Shown here piece by piece: positions 36,901 through 49,700 of a DNA stretch of 64,000 bases. The first letter of the stretch is position 1. Each line of letters begins with the position of its first letter. This stretch comes from Marsupella aquatica (lineage: Eukaryota > Plantae > Marchantiophyta). Position numbers and translations under genes: made by a program. A model generated the notes under the pieces. The model was not told where the DNA came from and searched no databases. It was given only the letters and a program-made list of their open reading frames with translations. The stretch is taken from NCBI GenBank assembly GCA_973895155.1, contig OZ316897.1, forward strand, positions 1,452,515 through 1,516,514. Direction: 5' to 3'.

Positions 36901-38528
36901 TAGTACATGTGACGGGGTTCCCGTCACTAAAAATTCTCGATAATTGTTTAGCTGGGTTGTGCCATGTAAATAACCATTGTAAATACCGTTTTTAAAACTT
37001 TTTGAAGTTACTTCCGTCATTATAAGTTGGTAATGCCCCGGCGGGCTTAACTTATTCTTTTTTCTCTCTCGCAATAGTTCTGAGGTTTACGACGACCTAA
37101 GCAAGCACCTGTAGGATTTACCGTTTAACTTGGGCTATTTTTGAGACCCCAATAGCAAGGTTTAAGGAGACAAACTTTAAGTTTTATGGTTTAAGGGGGG
37201 TTTAAACAAATAAAGGGGGAAACCCCTTGTAAACAATGGGGGCTAAGAAGGGGTAGAATTGAGTGGGGCCAGGTGGAGCCCGGGAAGGCAAGCCCCCTCA
37301 CTAAAGGGCTGCTGGGCCATAAGGGGCACCCCTAGGGCTTGACATGTGGAATCTTGGGGGCTAAGGAGGGAGCTCTGCAAGTAATAAGGATGAGAAGGGC
37401 GAGTGCCAGGGCGTGAGCCGGGCCGACGCACGGAGAGAGCCGGGAGGCGCAGCAGACAGAGCGCAGGAAGTCGGGGGGAGGCTAATTTTACCCTCCCAGG
37501 AGGGGGCCAAACGGCAGCCGAGGCAAGCAAGCAGCCGGGAGGTGCAACAGATGGGGCGAAGACTGCCGGGGCAAAAAGGAAACGCACCCTGCATAGGGTG
37601 GCGTGAAGGAAGGGGGGAAAATTAAATTCCCCCAGCCTCGGAGGTGATAGGGCGCAGTGCGAGCCCTGCATAGGGCCGTGTGCTGCCAGGTGGACGCTCC
37701 CGCGAGTTGTGTGAGAGGGGGACGTGGGGCCGCAAGTTGGGGCACGCATTAGCTGTGTGGAGGGGGATTAAACCCCCCGATTAAAGGAAGGATGGGGCAC
37801 ACAATTAGGTCCTCCCAGGAGGAGGCCGCAAGGCAGCAGCCGGGGCACCTGCCGGCAGCTGAGTGAGGAAACCGGGAGGGCTTATGGAGGCGAGAGAGAG
37901 AGAGAGAGGTACGAGGGGGAGTAAATGCTCCCCGACTAGTGGGAGGCAGGTACGGGGTACAGCGAGGGCGCGAGGTGGCAGCTGTGGACCGGGGCGCGAG
38001 TGAGGTACAGACAGGAGGCATCAGGCCGAGGCGCAACTGAATAAAGGGGGACAAGTGGCGCTCGATGGGAAGCCGCAAGCTAAGAAGGGCCGGCCTTAAG
38101 TTAGTAAGGAAGGGGTTCTCCCCCTTCGTTTATTCTTTGGTTTTTTTCTTCTTCTCGTCTTTCTCCGCCGCGCGCGACTCATTCCATTGCTGAAAGCAAA
38201 CTTTGAGTTCTCACATCCCATGGCCGAAAGCTCTTGAGTGTCTCCCCAACCTTCTCAAGTGCCCCCTTGGTGCTTGGCTTGGAGAGCTAGGAAGTTGAAT
38301 TGAGACCTCGTGACGGTAGCACACCGACAACATCATTGAGTGACTTCTGGGAAATTGAGAGTGGTTCTTGATCGTGATACGGGGGCCGTTCGGGCCAGGA
38401 TTTAAATTCAGTGACGGGATTTTGTGATTGAGCTTTTTTCTGGAGCATGGATGCTTGATCAGCCTAAGTTCAATGCGGCTTGCATTCGTAGATACAAGGC
38501 CGCTTACCGTGAGTACATTGGGATACTA

Positions 38529-39465
38529 ATTTTATTTTATTTTAATTTCATTTATTCCGCGTGAACCCCACGGATGGGGGAAGCAAGCAGGCCAAAAGGC
38601 AGAAGTTCCTCAAAGAGGGCAAAAAGAGCATGAAAGAAAGACCAATTATGAGTTTGTGTACCAAGGACACAAGGACCAAATAAGGCAACCGAGCAGTCTA
38701 AATCTATCCGAACGAGGTGCTAGAGAAAGGCTTTGTTTCTACACCGAGCTAAGCCATACAACAACGATGCATGCTCTGTCATAAAGATTCTATCTGTCTG
38801 GCACCAGACCTCAAAATCCTATCGCGTTCTCCTTCCAAGAGAGAAGTAGCACCAAGTAATCGGGTGTGTTTATGGTTGGAGCCAACTGAAGCAGCAACTC
38901 CAGACAAATGATCTAAAGTCTCACAGATAGCTGAGATAGGATTGAAGACACGCTTCCGAGCAAGATCAAAGGTCTGGCCGTTTCTTGCTAGCCAGATAGA
39001 CCAAAGAATCTCATATATCAGAAATGCCCGTAACGAACACAGAGGTGATCTCCTTTGGAAGGACAGAATCAAGCCGACAATAGTCACAGTCTGGACAATA
39101 AGCTGTCCATTCAACCATCCTCTTACCTCCTCCCAGCACCTGGTCGCATGCCTGCATTGAAAGAAGAGATGTGGAATGGTCTCCACCACCCCACATCTCA
39201 GAACACACAGTCCATCAGACTTTGCAATCCGCAGGGCTCTAGAACCAGAGAAAAGGCCCTGTGCAATTATTCTCCAAATGAAAGTCTTCGCCCTAGAAGA
39301 TAAATCCGAAGTCCATAGTGCTTGCCAGACTTCACTCCATTCAGGAACAGATAGGGATATGCTCCAGATCCTGTTGAGTCTAAGGTAATCAGATCCCTTA
39401 GTGCGCAATAATTCATATATTCTGTGATTAGGTAATGCAAATGATTTAAGCTGAGAATCTACATC
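38529..39465 (-). mobile_element. 5'-truncated L1-type LINE (zf-RVT region, 3' UTR, A-rich tail)
   Basis: ORF 38779-39408: W..LW...K.FIWR...C..C...ETIPHLFFQC...CW. T-rich tract at ~38530-38556 on the + strand. No TSD identified. Confidence 0.85.
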
Positions 39466-39499
39466 ATTCCAACGCCACTTCCTTGCAGAGGGACACTAA

Positions 39500-41198
39500 T
39501 TGAGGAGGAGAGAAGAAAGAAGGGCAACAATGAGCACTGGACCAGCAACAAGCCCCGCACCGGTTATGAGGAAGGTTTTTTGTCGAATTTACCCCAAGAC
39601 CTCTGCCAAGGTGATGGAAGATTGCAAAGCTATGTTCCAGGCCATCGGGCTCACCGACTTCATGAGAGTAGAGATTAGAATCCCTCCAGGGAAGAGTTGG
39701 GACTTGGAGGCTGGAATGGAATTGGGCACAGAGGGGATTTATTTTGCATGTATTCAGCGTTTGGCAACTCATGCAAAATTGGCTAAGCTTCTATTTTTGG
39801 AGAACCAGCAGTTCTCATTCACCCCTCGGAATTTAGTCGAGGATCTCACATTGACAATGGTGGCCTGTTGGGTGAACAATCCCACCTCCACCATGGCCAT
39901 TCATCTCTCGGCTGTCAAGGATGCAGCACACAAGGGATTTCTGGCCAAGGTTCACCAACGGGTCCTTGGTAATGTGCAATCCGGGGTAGTGAACGGGGAG
40001 CATTTCATAATTGCTCTAGATATTTGGAAATATCTAGCCCATGCTTACGGATGGTGGTATTACGGATTGACCAAGCTATTGGCCGCTGATCCTGTGAGTC
40101 TGAAACCAGAGGAGCTTTGCATTTGATGGGGTCATTTTTGTTGGCCAGGGCAGAAGGATTGATTGCCTCCCCGGGACCCAAAGAAGCTGGGTCATCCCTT
40201 ACCACATAAATCTGCAACATTGCCACTACCATCTTGGGGAAACTCACGGAGGTGCCAACAGTGTCAGCAGGAATGGGAAAAAGTCAAGTCGAGGAAGAAA
40301 TCCAGGATGAGGAGTACACGATGGAGTGGCTAGAATCTCTGGTGGGGAACCTCGAGGAGCCCCTTGCTTACGTCATTCCAGAGGTCTACTTGGCGGAATT
40401 ACGGGATTTTTGTGAGGGGGCCCATGAGGGGCTCTAAAAGTTAGCCCACACATTGAGAGATGCGCTCAAGTAGGCCAACACAAGGGTGGAAACATTGCAG
40501 CAGGGTACCGCGTCGATGAAGGAGGTGATCAAAGCTAAGGAGGAGGCCACAAAAGAGAATGCCAAGCTTCTCCAGGCGGCTCAAGTGGAGATTTCTCACT
40601 TGAGGGGGGCCTTGTCTACCAAGGCCAAAGAAGCGGAGGAAGTTGGGGTGCTGAGGGAAGCATTGGCCAAAGAGAAGCAGAATACGAGAGAAGTGGAGAG
40701 GTTAAGAGGTCAGATTGCAGAACTACGGAGTCAGGTGGGGATCTTTGAGACTAGGGCCAAAAGGAGTGAGGCCTTGAGTTTGGGGAAGCAGAAGAGTCCC
40801 TGCCCACCTTTCCCCTGACCTGGTCTCCAAGACCATTGAAGTACGGTCCCCTGCTGGAAGCAGCCAAGAAGAATCAGGAGAAGAATAAGAGCTTGGAGAA
40901 GAAGCTCAAGGAGGTACGTAAGTCATTACGGGAGGCCCAGGTCAATACGGGAACCCCGGGGATGCCGCCCAGATCTGTGACACCAGGGACTCCTATGGCC
41001 ACCGGGCAGGTTTTACCGTTAGAGTTGCAGTCCGGGGAGGAGGGTGCTTTGTGGAAGGATACCATCAGTGAGGGCTATGTCAGGGCTTGGCAAGCCTTGG
41101 CGGCGTTGAGGAAGCAAGGGAGCACTAGCGGGAGGAGTACACCTATGAAGAAGAAGAGAAGTACAAAAGATTTGCGACACAGTCGTTGTTCATGTTGA
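39500..41198 (+). pseudogene. Degraded TE protein with a globular N-terminal part and a coiled coil, possibly upstream exons of the MTase-like gene
   Basis: Consecutive + strand ORFs 39500-40126, 40234-40437, 40486-40818 and 40836-41198. Confidence 0.45.
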
Positions 41199-41394
41199 TA
41201 GAAGCCGGAAGCCTCGTGGGAAGGTTAAAGTTGACACTGCTATGCCAAGTGCGTCAACTCGATCTGGGAGGAAACGTAGGTTTTATCTATCATCTTTCTG
41301 CAGATTTGTGCTAGCGCCCGGCGCTACTATTGTGTGTTTCCATTTTCCGTCAAGTAATTCACTAATTATGTAGTTGTTGAACTCTTACCTCAGG

Positions 41395-42734
41395 TCAGAA
41401 GATATCGGACGCGACAAATGATACCAAGGTTACGCCAGAAGGATCTAAAGCAAATACTAGTACTTTACCAGATCCAATTACCCCTATGAATTTGGGGAAA
41501 TGGACCAAACCTATCGATGCAACCAGCACAAAGAAAAAGAATAAGAAGACGCGTGAGGTTGGGCATTCGGAAAGAGATAGTCTATCTGCCACGGGACTTC
41601 AAAGGGATGTTGGGAATTTTAAATCCAAAGCATCTCGGCATTGTTTAGTTGAGTCCAACGTTACTGAATTTTATGATAGTGTTTTCAATAAGGAAGAGAA
41701 GCCAGATTGGGTTACTAATGCCGAGAAGTGGGTTAAAGACCTCGTCAAATCAGGATGCCGTCCAAAGGGAGTCATGAGGGGTCGGAAGGAGAGGCCTTTT
41801 GGTGTTGACGCTGGTTTCATCTATCTACCAACTGGGTTGAAGCCAACATTGCTCGACCGGAAAGTTCCGAAATGGAACATTCCTGACTACACCATAGCTC
41901 AATATTTTTTCCGAGCGATGGATCCTTTCTTGGCTGATGATGGAATGATTGCAATCCTCCATACGGGGATTATGATCAGATTTCGCAAGTCATCTCAGCG
42001 TGTCAAGAGTCAAAGAAATTCCAGTGTCTCTCGACATATAATGTGGTGATGGGGTTCCCTATGTACCGGGCCAAGTCCGATGTTCAGGTAAATACACAAA
42101 CATTACTAAAACTTTTGCTAGCGCCTGGCGCTGTTAATCTCTCTGGGTCATAACCTGACATTATTTTGTTCATTTCAGGTATTCACTTTGCGATTAGGTA
42201 TTTTTTCTTGAATCTCATCAAAAGTGAAAATCCCCAAGGACCCAAAGTTCAGGCCCCTATCAAAAACCAAGGATCCCTCTAGCACAAATTTGATAGGACT
42301 TCCGTTTGCAAAGGTGGATACTAGTCCCGAGCTTGATTTTGCCGGAAATGCTAGACTCCATCCTGGATTTATGCAGTCGGTACTGGAGTTAATTAAACCC
42401 TAAACCCTAAACCCGCAGTACTTTTGTGGCCGGGGACTATTGTGGCCGATTTGTTCTTGGGGTGGAAAACAGGAAGGAGTTCTTTGAAACAGCCTCAAGG
42501 ATATTTTTGAATCTTCTAACTCCAACAGTTCCTCCAATAATAGCTCCTCCCACAAATGTGGTTGTGAAGAGGAAGAGAGACAAGCTTAGATCAGTACTGA
42601 ATTTTGATTCCGACGATGAAGAGGATGCGGAGGAAGGGGAGGAAGAGCCGGAATCTGTCATTCCCATAGGATCTCAAATTGGAGACGATCACAAAATTGA
42701 TGAAGGTAGCGACAGCAGAGATTCTTCTGAGTAA
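41395..42734 (+). pseudogene. Beta-class N4-cytosine/N6-adenine DNA methyltransferase-like gene
   Basis: Degenerate motif IV (VDAGFIYLPTG), then FLADDGMIAI. After an intron (42088-42178) HPGFMQSVLELI, then STFVAGDYCGRFVLGVE..KEFFETASRI (post-motif-I to motif III). This order matches beta-class amino-MTases. Confidence 0.65.
42394..42414 (+). repeat. (TAAACCC)3 interstitial telomeric repeat
   Basis: Three perfect plant telomere units inside a coding exon. Confidence 0.9.
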
Positions 42735-44036
42735 TGCTCGTAAGCTTCTTGTCAAGCTCCCTCATCCGGAATTCACTCTTCGCTTTCGCTTTCCAATCCT
42801 TTTTTAGATATATTGTCAGAAAATGGATTGTGTTGACATACCACCGGAAATTCTCATCCTCAGGTCTGACTGGAATCAACGAAGGCATTTCCAACTGAGG
42901 AGGAAAGTTGCCAGGAGTTATGTTGGGACTCCGGAAAAACCATTCGTTTTACCTTCGTACGCTGAGAATGCGGCGAGGAGAGTAGATAGTGTGAGGACGC
43001 TCCAATGGGAGAATAAAGGCCTTAGACTGAGGAGGGGTTCTGATGTTGATGATATATGCAATGTTGATGATATATGCAAAAGCAAATTCATAGACGACAA
43101 AGCAGAGTCCACCAATAGGTCTAAATCAAGCGGGTCAGAGTTATCTGATGAGGTTAGTTCAGAATATTAATTACCTTCATTTTGAGGTTATGCTAGCGTC
43201 GGGCGCTACTCAAATGAGAACTCATGTAATGTGGTTTGGGAAATATAACTATCTATTGCAACATGCTTAGGCTCGTTACTTTCATTACTACCTTACAATG
43301 TTATAGTAGTGTCGGGCGCTACTATAATTTTACTCCTTACTCTATTTTTGTTATACTAACGGATATATTCCCGTAATTATCGGCTGACGTCAGTCACAAA
43401 GTTGCCGTTTATGTTTTGTCTCTTTTGAATGTCCAACTGACATATTGAACGTTTCCTTCCACGCACCATTTGAGGCAACCACGGTCTCAATTGTTCCGTA
43501 TATCCTTGTGTTTGCGTTTCATCCTGATCATTTTGTACTGCGATCTCGGTTTTGGATTTTTGTTACCTAATCTCTTTTGCTTCCACTTGTTTCCGAATCG
43601 CCATCGCTGACCTAAAATGGATCACCGAACCAAAGTTCCTAGTTTGTCTCAGATGATTTTTGTGACGCCACCGGTATGGCGGTTAATGAGTGATTTGGTC
43701 TAACTGCGCTCGGCACACGCGTTAGGTGTGTCTGAGGCCGCTATTATTAGCATAACGACAGTATTTAGGTAATCATTAGGGGTAGGACATCATTAGGGGT
43801 AGGACATCATTAGGCAATAAGGGGGACTTCAGGTTCGGACTGGCGGCGGGTCGCTATTCGCACACCCGGGTTACGAGCGTGGAAGGGCCCCTCCCTCGGG
43901 TCCGTATAACGAACTTAAGGAAGCGGCCACTGACGCACGCTGACTCAGACCGGCGGAGTGGCCGGTACACCACAAGCGTGAGCAGTTCAGCCTATGGGCG
44001 TCGAGGAGACGTCGGGGGATCGACAAGCCCTCAAAG

Positions 44037-44045
44037 TATAAAAGG
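44037..44045 (+). promoter_or_regulatory. Putative TATA box of unit C
   Basis: TATAAAAGG about 110 nt before the ATG at 44145. Conserved in unit D (CCTTTTATA at ~10129-10137). Confidence 0.55.
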
Positions 44046-44144
44046 GGAGCCAACCCTTTGTAGTGCACCAGTCCATCAGTCCGCGCGCCAGCTTCGACCC
44101 CAGCTCTCTTGTTCTCTCTAGGTCGCCACTACTATCTCCTCTGA

Positions 44145-46713
44145 ATGTCGCACACGATCCTCTCCAGCTCGGCCATTCGATTCTGGACGCAGTTCCTATC
44201 TACCGGAAGGCACTTGGCCGATTCATTGAAACACGCCAACCCGCGACGATACGAAATCGAACGCAAGTACGAGAGAGCCATCCGCTTGGCAGGATGACAC
44301 CACTACATCCTTAACTTTGACTACCCGGCTCAGAGCGAGCTTTACCGACCAGCAGAGGTATCTGGGTACTTCTTCAACGGAGACAAATATATCGGTTTCT
44401 GGGAAGCATTGCTTCGGCTTCCGGACGAGGTCTTCAATATCCCGGGTACAATCGACCTGCAGCGACATCACTTCGACCACATCCCTGCCCAGGTTCGGGC
44501 TGTCATTAACAGCGAGTCCAGTACCAACCGTTCGACAAGGGCGTCCGCACTCGCTTCGGAGAACTTCTACCAGCACCTGTAGAGCTTCATGGGAACTCGG
44601 CCATCAACCAACATGACTAACTCAGTCGTGCCCGTACCCGTACCCGTGCCCATGCAACCCCAGCCTCAACCTCAGGCTCAGCTTCAGCTTCAGCCTCAGC
44701 CGCAGCCTAGCCAATACCCACCACCTATCGCCCAGCCAGCACAGGTACGCTCCATCATCAACGCTGTGGATCTTAGCGATGACGACGAGGCTACCCTACC
44801 CTTGACCAGGCGGCCCAGAGGAACAAGCGCTCGGGGGGCCGACACTATATCATCCCCACCCCCTGCTCTGACCCCAGGAGCGGCCCCGGCAGACAACATG
44901 GTGACCGTGGCCGCCCCGGGCCCGTTACCAATGGCAGTGGCACTACCCAGGCCCGATCGGGAGGATGGGGAAGTGTCATCTTCCCCGAGCCAGTCACGGG
45001 GAAAGAAGAGGAAGGAATCTGCCACTGCATCCAGGTTACCGTTGGCCACGGTAGCCGTAGCCAAGGTGACGATGCACCGCATGGGGGAAAACGTTCACAA
45101 CAACATCCTCCATCCTAAGCATGCAGTGTACCTGAAGACTCAGGGATTTGAGCATCTCACCTCTCTCCCCTGGAACACTTGCAGGTACTACGGGGAGGAC
45201 ATGACAGAATTCGTCAAGAATTATGACGACGTACGTCAACAGACTCGGCTGCGGGGAAGGAATATGTCCCTCATAGAAGAACGGCTCAAGATGATCTTCG
45301 GGTTACCCGAAGGTGACCATCGAGTCGAATCACGGGCTCATGCCCGAGATAGCTGAGCGGCTGGAGTTCCAAAGGTACGCTCTCCACATGATGGAACCCC
45401 GGGGGGAGATCTCCGCCGCCCAGGTTATCCAGGTCGAGAACTATCGACCTAGGAAATGGGCGTCGTACTTCGCTAAGAAATTCCATGAAGAGATGGAGCG
45501 ACGAAGGAAGACGCTGTACATTGGCGGGAAGGCGTATTTTGCTAGCCACATCGAAATCATTCTTGAGTGGTACGCCCAGTTTGATCGACGAACCCTTCCC
45601 CGCATCAACGTCACAAAGTTGGTCCCAGCTAGGTGGGTTTTTCCGGCATTGGAGAGACGGCCCCAACCCGAGGCCCGAAGTCCAGCGGGCACGCCAGCTT
45701 CACCCACCCCACCTCCACAGATAGCTGTAATCGTAACCGAGGAGGCGCCGGATGAGTCGGTTGTCGCAACCGTTGATGCGACCCAACTAGTCGGGCTAAG
45801 TATAGAAGTTGGTATGGCAGAGGTCTTACCCGAGCCCGGGTCTCCCAAGGACCCACCGGTGGCAATTCCGGAGAACCGGACATTGCTGCAGGAGGACACT
45901 CCAGCCCCTTCCAACGTTATGTCCCCAGGGCTGGACGTCACTGCCCCAGCCCCCGTGCGTGTTGACGTCTGCCCGTGCCCAAATCCGGACAGGCACAACT
46001 TGGACCACCCGGAACTCTTTGTACAGGGTACGTTTCTGAACGGGCTTCTGGGAGGTTTCTCTCATCAAATTGCCCCAGATACCGGGGAGTTCATGGCCCG
46101 AAAGGTAGCCTGTTTCTTCAATCAGGAGTTGGTTGCCGCAGTAAAGGCAGGTCGGGCCCAGTCGGAGGCCCTTCAGAGGATAGAACGGTACCGGGTGGAG
46201 TCCGTGTACCTAAAGAATGAAGTGGTGGCTCAAGAGGCTGAGCTTCTACAACTACGACCCAAGGTTGCAGCCGCCGATGAGTTGTTAGCAAAGGCGCACG
46301 CTCTTACCGCCCTAGCCGAACAGGCCAAAGCTGGGAATGAGGCCAAGATTACACGACTCCGGAACCAGATTGACAGTTTGAAGAATCAAGCTGTCACCTG
46401 GCAGAAAGACCTAGAGGAGGCCGAGGAACGAGCCCAGCGGGACACGGCGGAGATAGCCACGCTGCAGGCCGAGATGGCGCGGCTCCAAACCGAGGCCGAG
46501 AAGCAGGACCAGATGGCGGGTAAACTGACGAGCGACGCCCAGCAGCTGGAGGAGGCATGTCAGGAGGCAGCAGAGGAGACGGACGAGGCGAGGCGAGAGA
46601 ACGAATCTCTGCTGGACTAGGTCCAGCTCCTCAAAGCGGACAATGATAGGCTTTGAAGGCAGCGGGATGGCCGTTCCCATTCGGGCGGCTCTGGCAAGCG
46701 TGCCAGACATTAG
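44145..46713 (+). pseudogene. ~850-aa accessory ORF (ATHILA-ORF1/plant-transposon-protein-like domain plus C-terminal coiled coil)
   Basis: Single frame from ATG 44145 through stops at 44295 and 44580 into 44589-45356. One frameshift leads to 45313-46620, ending GKRARH*. Motif GFEHLTSLPW...EFVKN...LRGR...IFGLP. Confidence 0.75.
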
Positions 46714-49700
46714 CGGCGGAGTAGGAATAGATTAGGATTAGGATTGGCTTAGTCAGGCTCTTGGGACAGGCACCTGCCTTAGGTACAGCAGCACTGCCAT
46801 GCTGTCTAGCCTGCGTAGATTAGGATCTCCTAATAAGACACAGCCGTTTTCCGGCCTGATTGTCAGCTTAGTTAGGACCTTAGTCAGCGAATCTTTGGCA
46901 AGAGGACACCCCGTCCCTCGGCTCTTAGTATTTAGTGCACCCCTCGGTAGAGGAGGGGGGGTTTTAGTTTCAGAGTTGGACATCCGCGGTATATGCGGGG
47001 AGTCCCGACCTCTGGGAATGAAAGAGTACCAAGGGGGGGTAGGACTAAGCTCGCCGGGCGAGTGCGGAGCCGGGCTCCATTGTAGTATGCACCCTCGGCC
47101 TTGAACCTATTCATTCCAGGGCTGTCGGGTCAACTAAGTGTACGCATATGTTCCCTTTGTAGTAAAATCCTTTCCCATCATTTTCCTTCGTGTAAATCAA
47201 GATTGTATGCATGTGTGCGCATATGTGTGTGGGTTTCTCGTATATGGGTGGCAGCGCCAGGCCGAACGCACTACCCGAGACGTGCACAGGGTGCAGCCTG
47301 CGGGTAAGTGGTTGCGAGCACGGGTTGAGGACCTGTATCATCGAATCCGGATCGAAGACGGACAGCACGAAGGCTTAGAAGCCCTTAAGCCGGGGTCGAT
47401 CCTGCTATCGACTAAGGTACGTTCTGGCGGCGGAACACAAACCATACCTAGGAGGTGTCCGTATTTAGCAGTATGCGCACTTAGCGCTAGTTTACGAGAA
47501 TAAGGTGCATTACGTGCTTCCCTTCCTGCCTGAACCCTCAGATTTATGAGGGATGTGCCCGTCTAAGCTGAAGTCTGAGTTAAGGCCGAAGCCGACGACG
47601 TGACAGTTTTGGAGGAGGGTCCGCTGCCCGTCACTGAAGAGCCTGAGTGGAGCAAGACGAGTGATTTTCGAAACAGGCTGAAGCTTCCTCCATGCGAGGC
47701 TATTAGCCCGGGCGAGACGCTTATCCCATGGCTCAAAGATTCCCCGCCAAGGCATTTTTTGGAAAGATTTACAATTCATTGTCCTCCTCTTCCTCACAGC
47801 CCGACTCGTCAGGATGACATGCGCACCCAGGAGGACCTAGGGAGGATTGATTTCCAGAATACAACCATTCCTGGCAAGGACTCTCGAAGAGGTGTGGAGA
47901 TTACGCCATCCTTGGCATTTATCAGCAATCGTGAGCACGGTTTTGTTCCCGACAGAGCCCGATCTATGGCTGGAATCGATGATGAGTGCGGTTCATCCAC
48001 GACCGACAGAACTAGCGCCCGACGCTAGTGTGCTCACTTTCCTGATGGAGGCACCCAATGTTCTCTAATCTCCCGATGCACAAAGACGGCAATGTGTTTT
48101 GTGTGTGGGCAATGTGTAACCAATGTGTTCAGGACTAGCCCCTTTCATTTGTGGTACTGGATGAGAGACTACATTAGGATTTTCTAATCGCTATCGTATT
48201 TTGATTCGCTTGTGTAAAGAGTAGATAGCGGACATTTATAAACTAGTTTTGGTAGCGCCTGGTGCGAGCCTATACTTTCTGGGAATACTCGGGTTTAAAT
48301 GTACTGTTCCCAAAATTTTATAAAACAAGCGCCTAGCGCTACTCTCGGTCTCGACCATTTCTCCTGGATTTGACACGAATCTTTGAAATTCCTGTTTCCT
48401 GTGTAATGGAAATGCCCTCTACGAATCTTCGGTAGTAGCCCACCATGCCAAGGAATCCCCTTACTTCTTTCACACTATCTATAAAAGGTCTCCATCTATA
48501 AAAGGTCAAGATGCACAAAGGTAGATTTGTACCGGTCCTTTTTCATACATTAGAGCTAGGTCACATTCTTGCACCGGGAATATTGCATTTTAGGACCGGA
48601 TATAATGTTGGGCAACCTTAATCCTGATTACAGCGTGCAATAAAATGTCACTACCGACCATGTATGTGCAAATATGACCATTCATTGCCTAAGTTGGCCA
48701 TGCAGTAACACTTTGTAGCTTTGTCCCACTTTGGGTGACACTCAACGGCTCACTCAAACGGTAAGGCTGAGTGGCTTCCCCTAATTCGGTTTTAGGCACT
48801 AAACTTCACTTTGGGAGTCTCTTTGGAGTTTTCGCCATTGTCATTGAACTTAGAACATGAGGGGTGGAGTGTTCGGGGTTTTACGTAGGATTTTCCTTTT
48901 AGTGTTGCCCACTTTTTGCGACCATTGCGGAGTGAACTTCCCGCGTGTTATGTGCTTATTTATGCTCTCGAGGAGCAGTGTTCAGGCAATTGCGGCGATC
49001 TAACCTTGCGCTTGCAGTCTACTCATATACCTGCATTCTTGCTCAATCTCCTTTAGGGACATTTAGTTTTTGGCTGGTAGGGCAAAGAAGGTTGTGGCTG
49101 CTGCAACGTTCGTGAGGAGCTTGTCGGAGTTTGAGGAGTCGGAGGTTGGGGTTTCTTCAAGGTTTTGGGTGACAATCTCGGTCACAGTTGTGGTATAGAC
49201 CCTTTTGCTGCACCCATAACAAGCATCGACAGGCCGTGAGGCTCATTGGGAGGTCCTTCAGTTGTCAAGCTACCGTTGAGCTGGTGAAGCTGCATGTGGG
49301 TTGCATCTGTTTTGTTGACACAGTCAGTGTGGGAATCCATATTTTCATAGTGCTTGTTCTTGCAAACTGGGAGCCGAGAGTTTGGAGTCGGGAGCTAAGA
49401 AGGGTATTGTTAGGCTTCAATTACTCTGTGGTTTTCTCCAGCTCCATGGTACAGTTTCAATGTTAATGCTTTGTCCTTGTGCTGGTCTAGGTAGCGCGAG
49501 CTTCTACCTATTGCGCCCTCTTGCTGTAAGCGTATCGAGCTGCCAACTGAGTGATTCATACCTGTAGCTGCTTACGCGTGATCAAGAGATTGGACAAATG
49601 CCTAGTGCTGTCCAGCAGGAGAAAACTCTTTTTGGTCACGATCGGGCATTGGAATATAACTAAGTGCGGCAGAGCAACACGGGGAGCTGTAGAGTTGCAG

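Larger units (their letters stand above)
43661..47605 (+). mobile_element. Solo-LTR-like unit C (3945 bp)
   Basis: TGTGACGCC...CGTGACA ends, TSD ATTTT/GTTTT (4 of 5 match), TATAAAAGG at ~44037, homologous to unit D. Confidence 0.85.
43617..48028 (+). pseudogene. Small ORF split by unit C
   Basis: Removing unit C and one TSD copy gives continuous MDHRTKVPSLSQM(I/V)LEEGPLPVTEEPEW... Confidence 0.55.

Noticed and set aside
35857-37074. Three successive ATGA stop/start overlaps resembling an operon
   Set aside because: One overlap is better explained by a frameshift in an A-run and another by truncation of the PIF1 gene. No evidence for translational coupling.
32400-37100. Complete Helitron enclosing the TET-like gene
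   Set aside because: No Rep domain and no convincing TC...CTRR termini. The link between the TET-like gene and PIF1 is proximity only.
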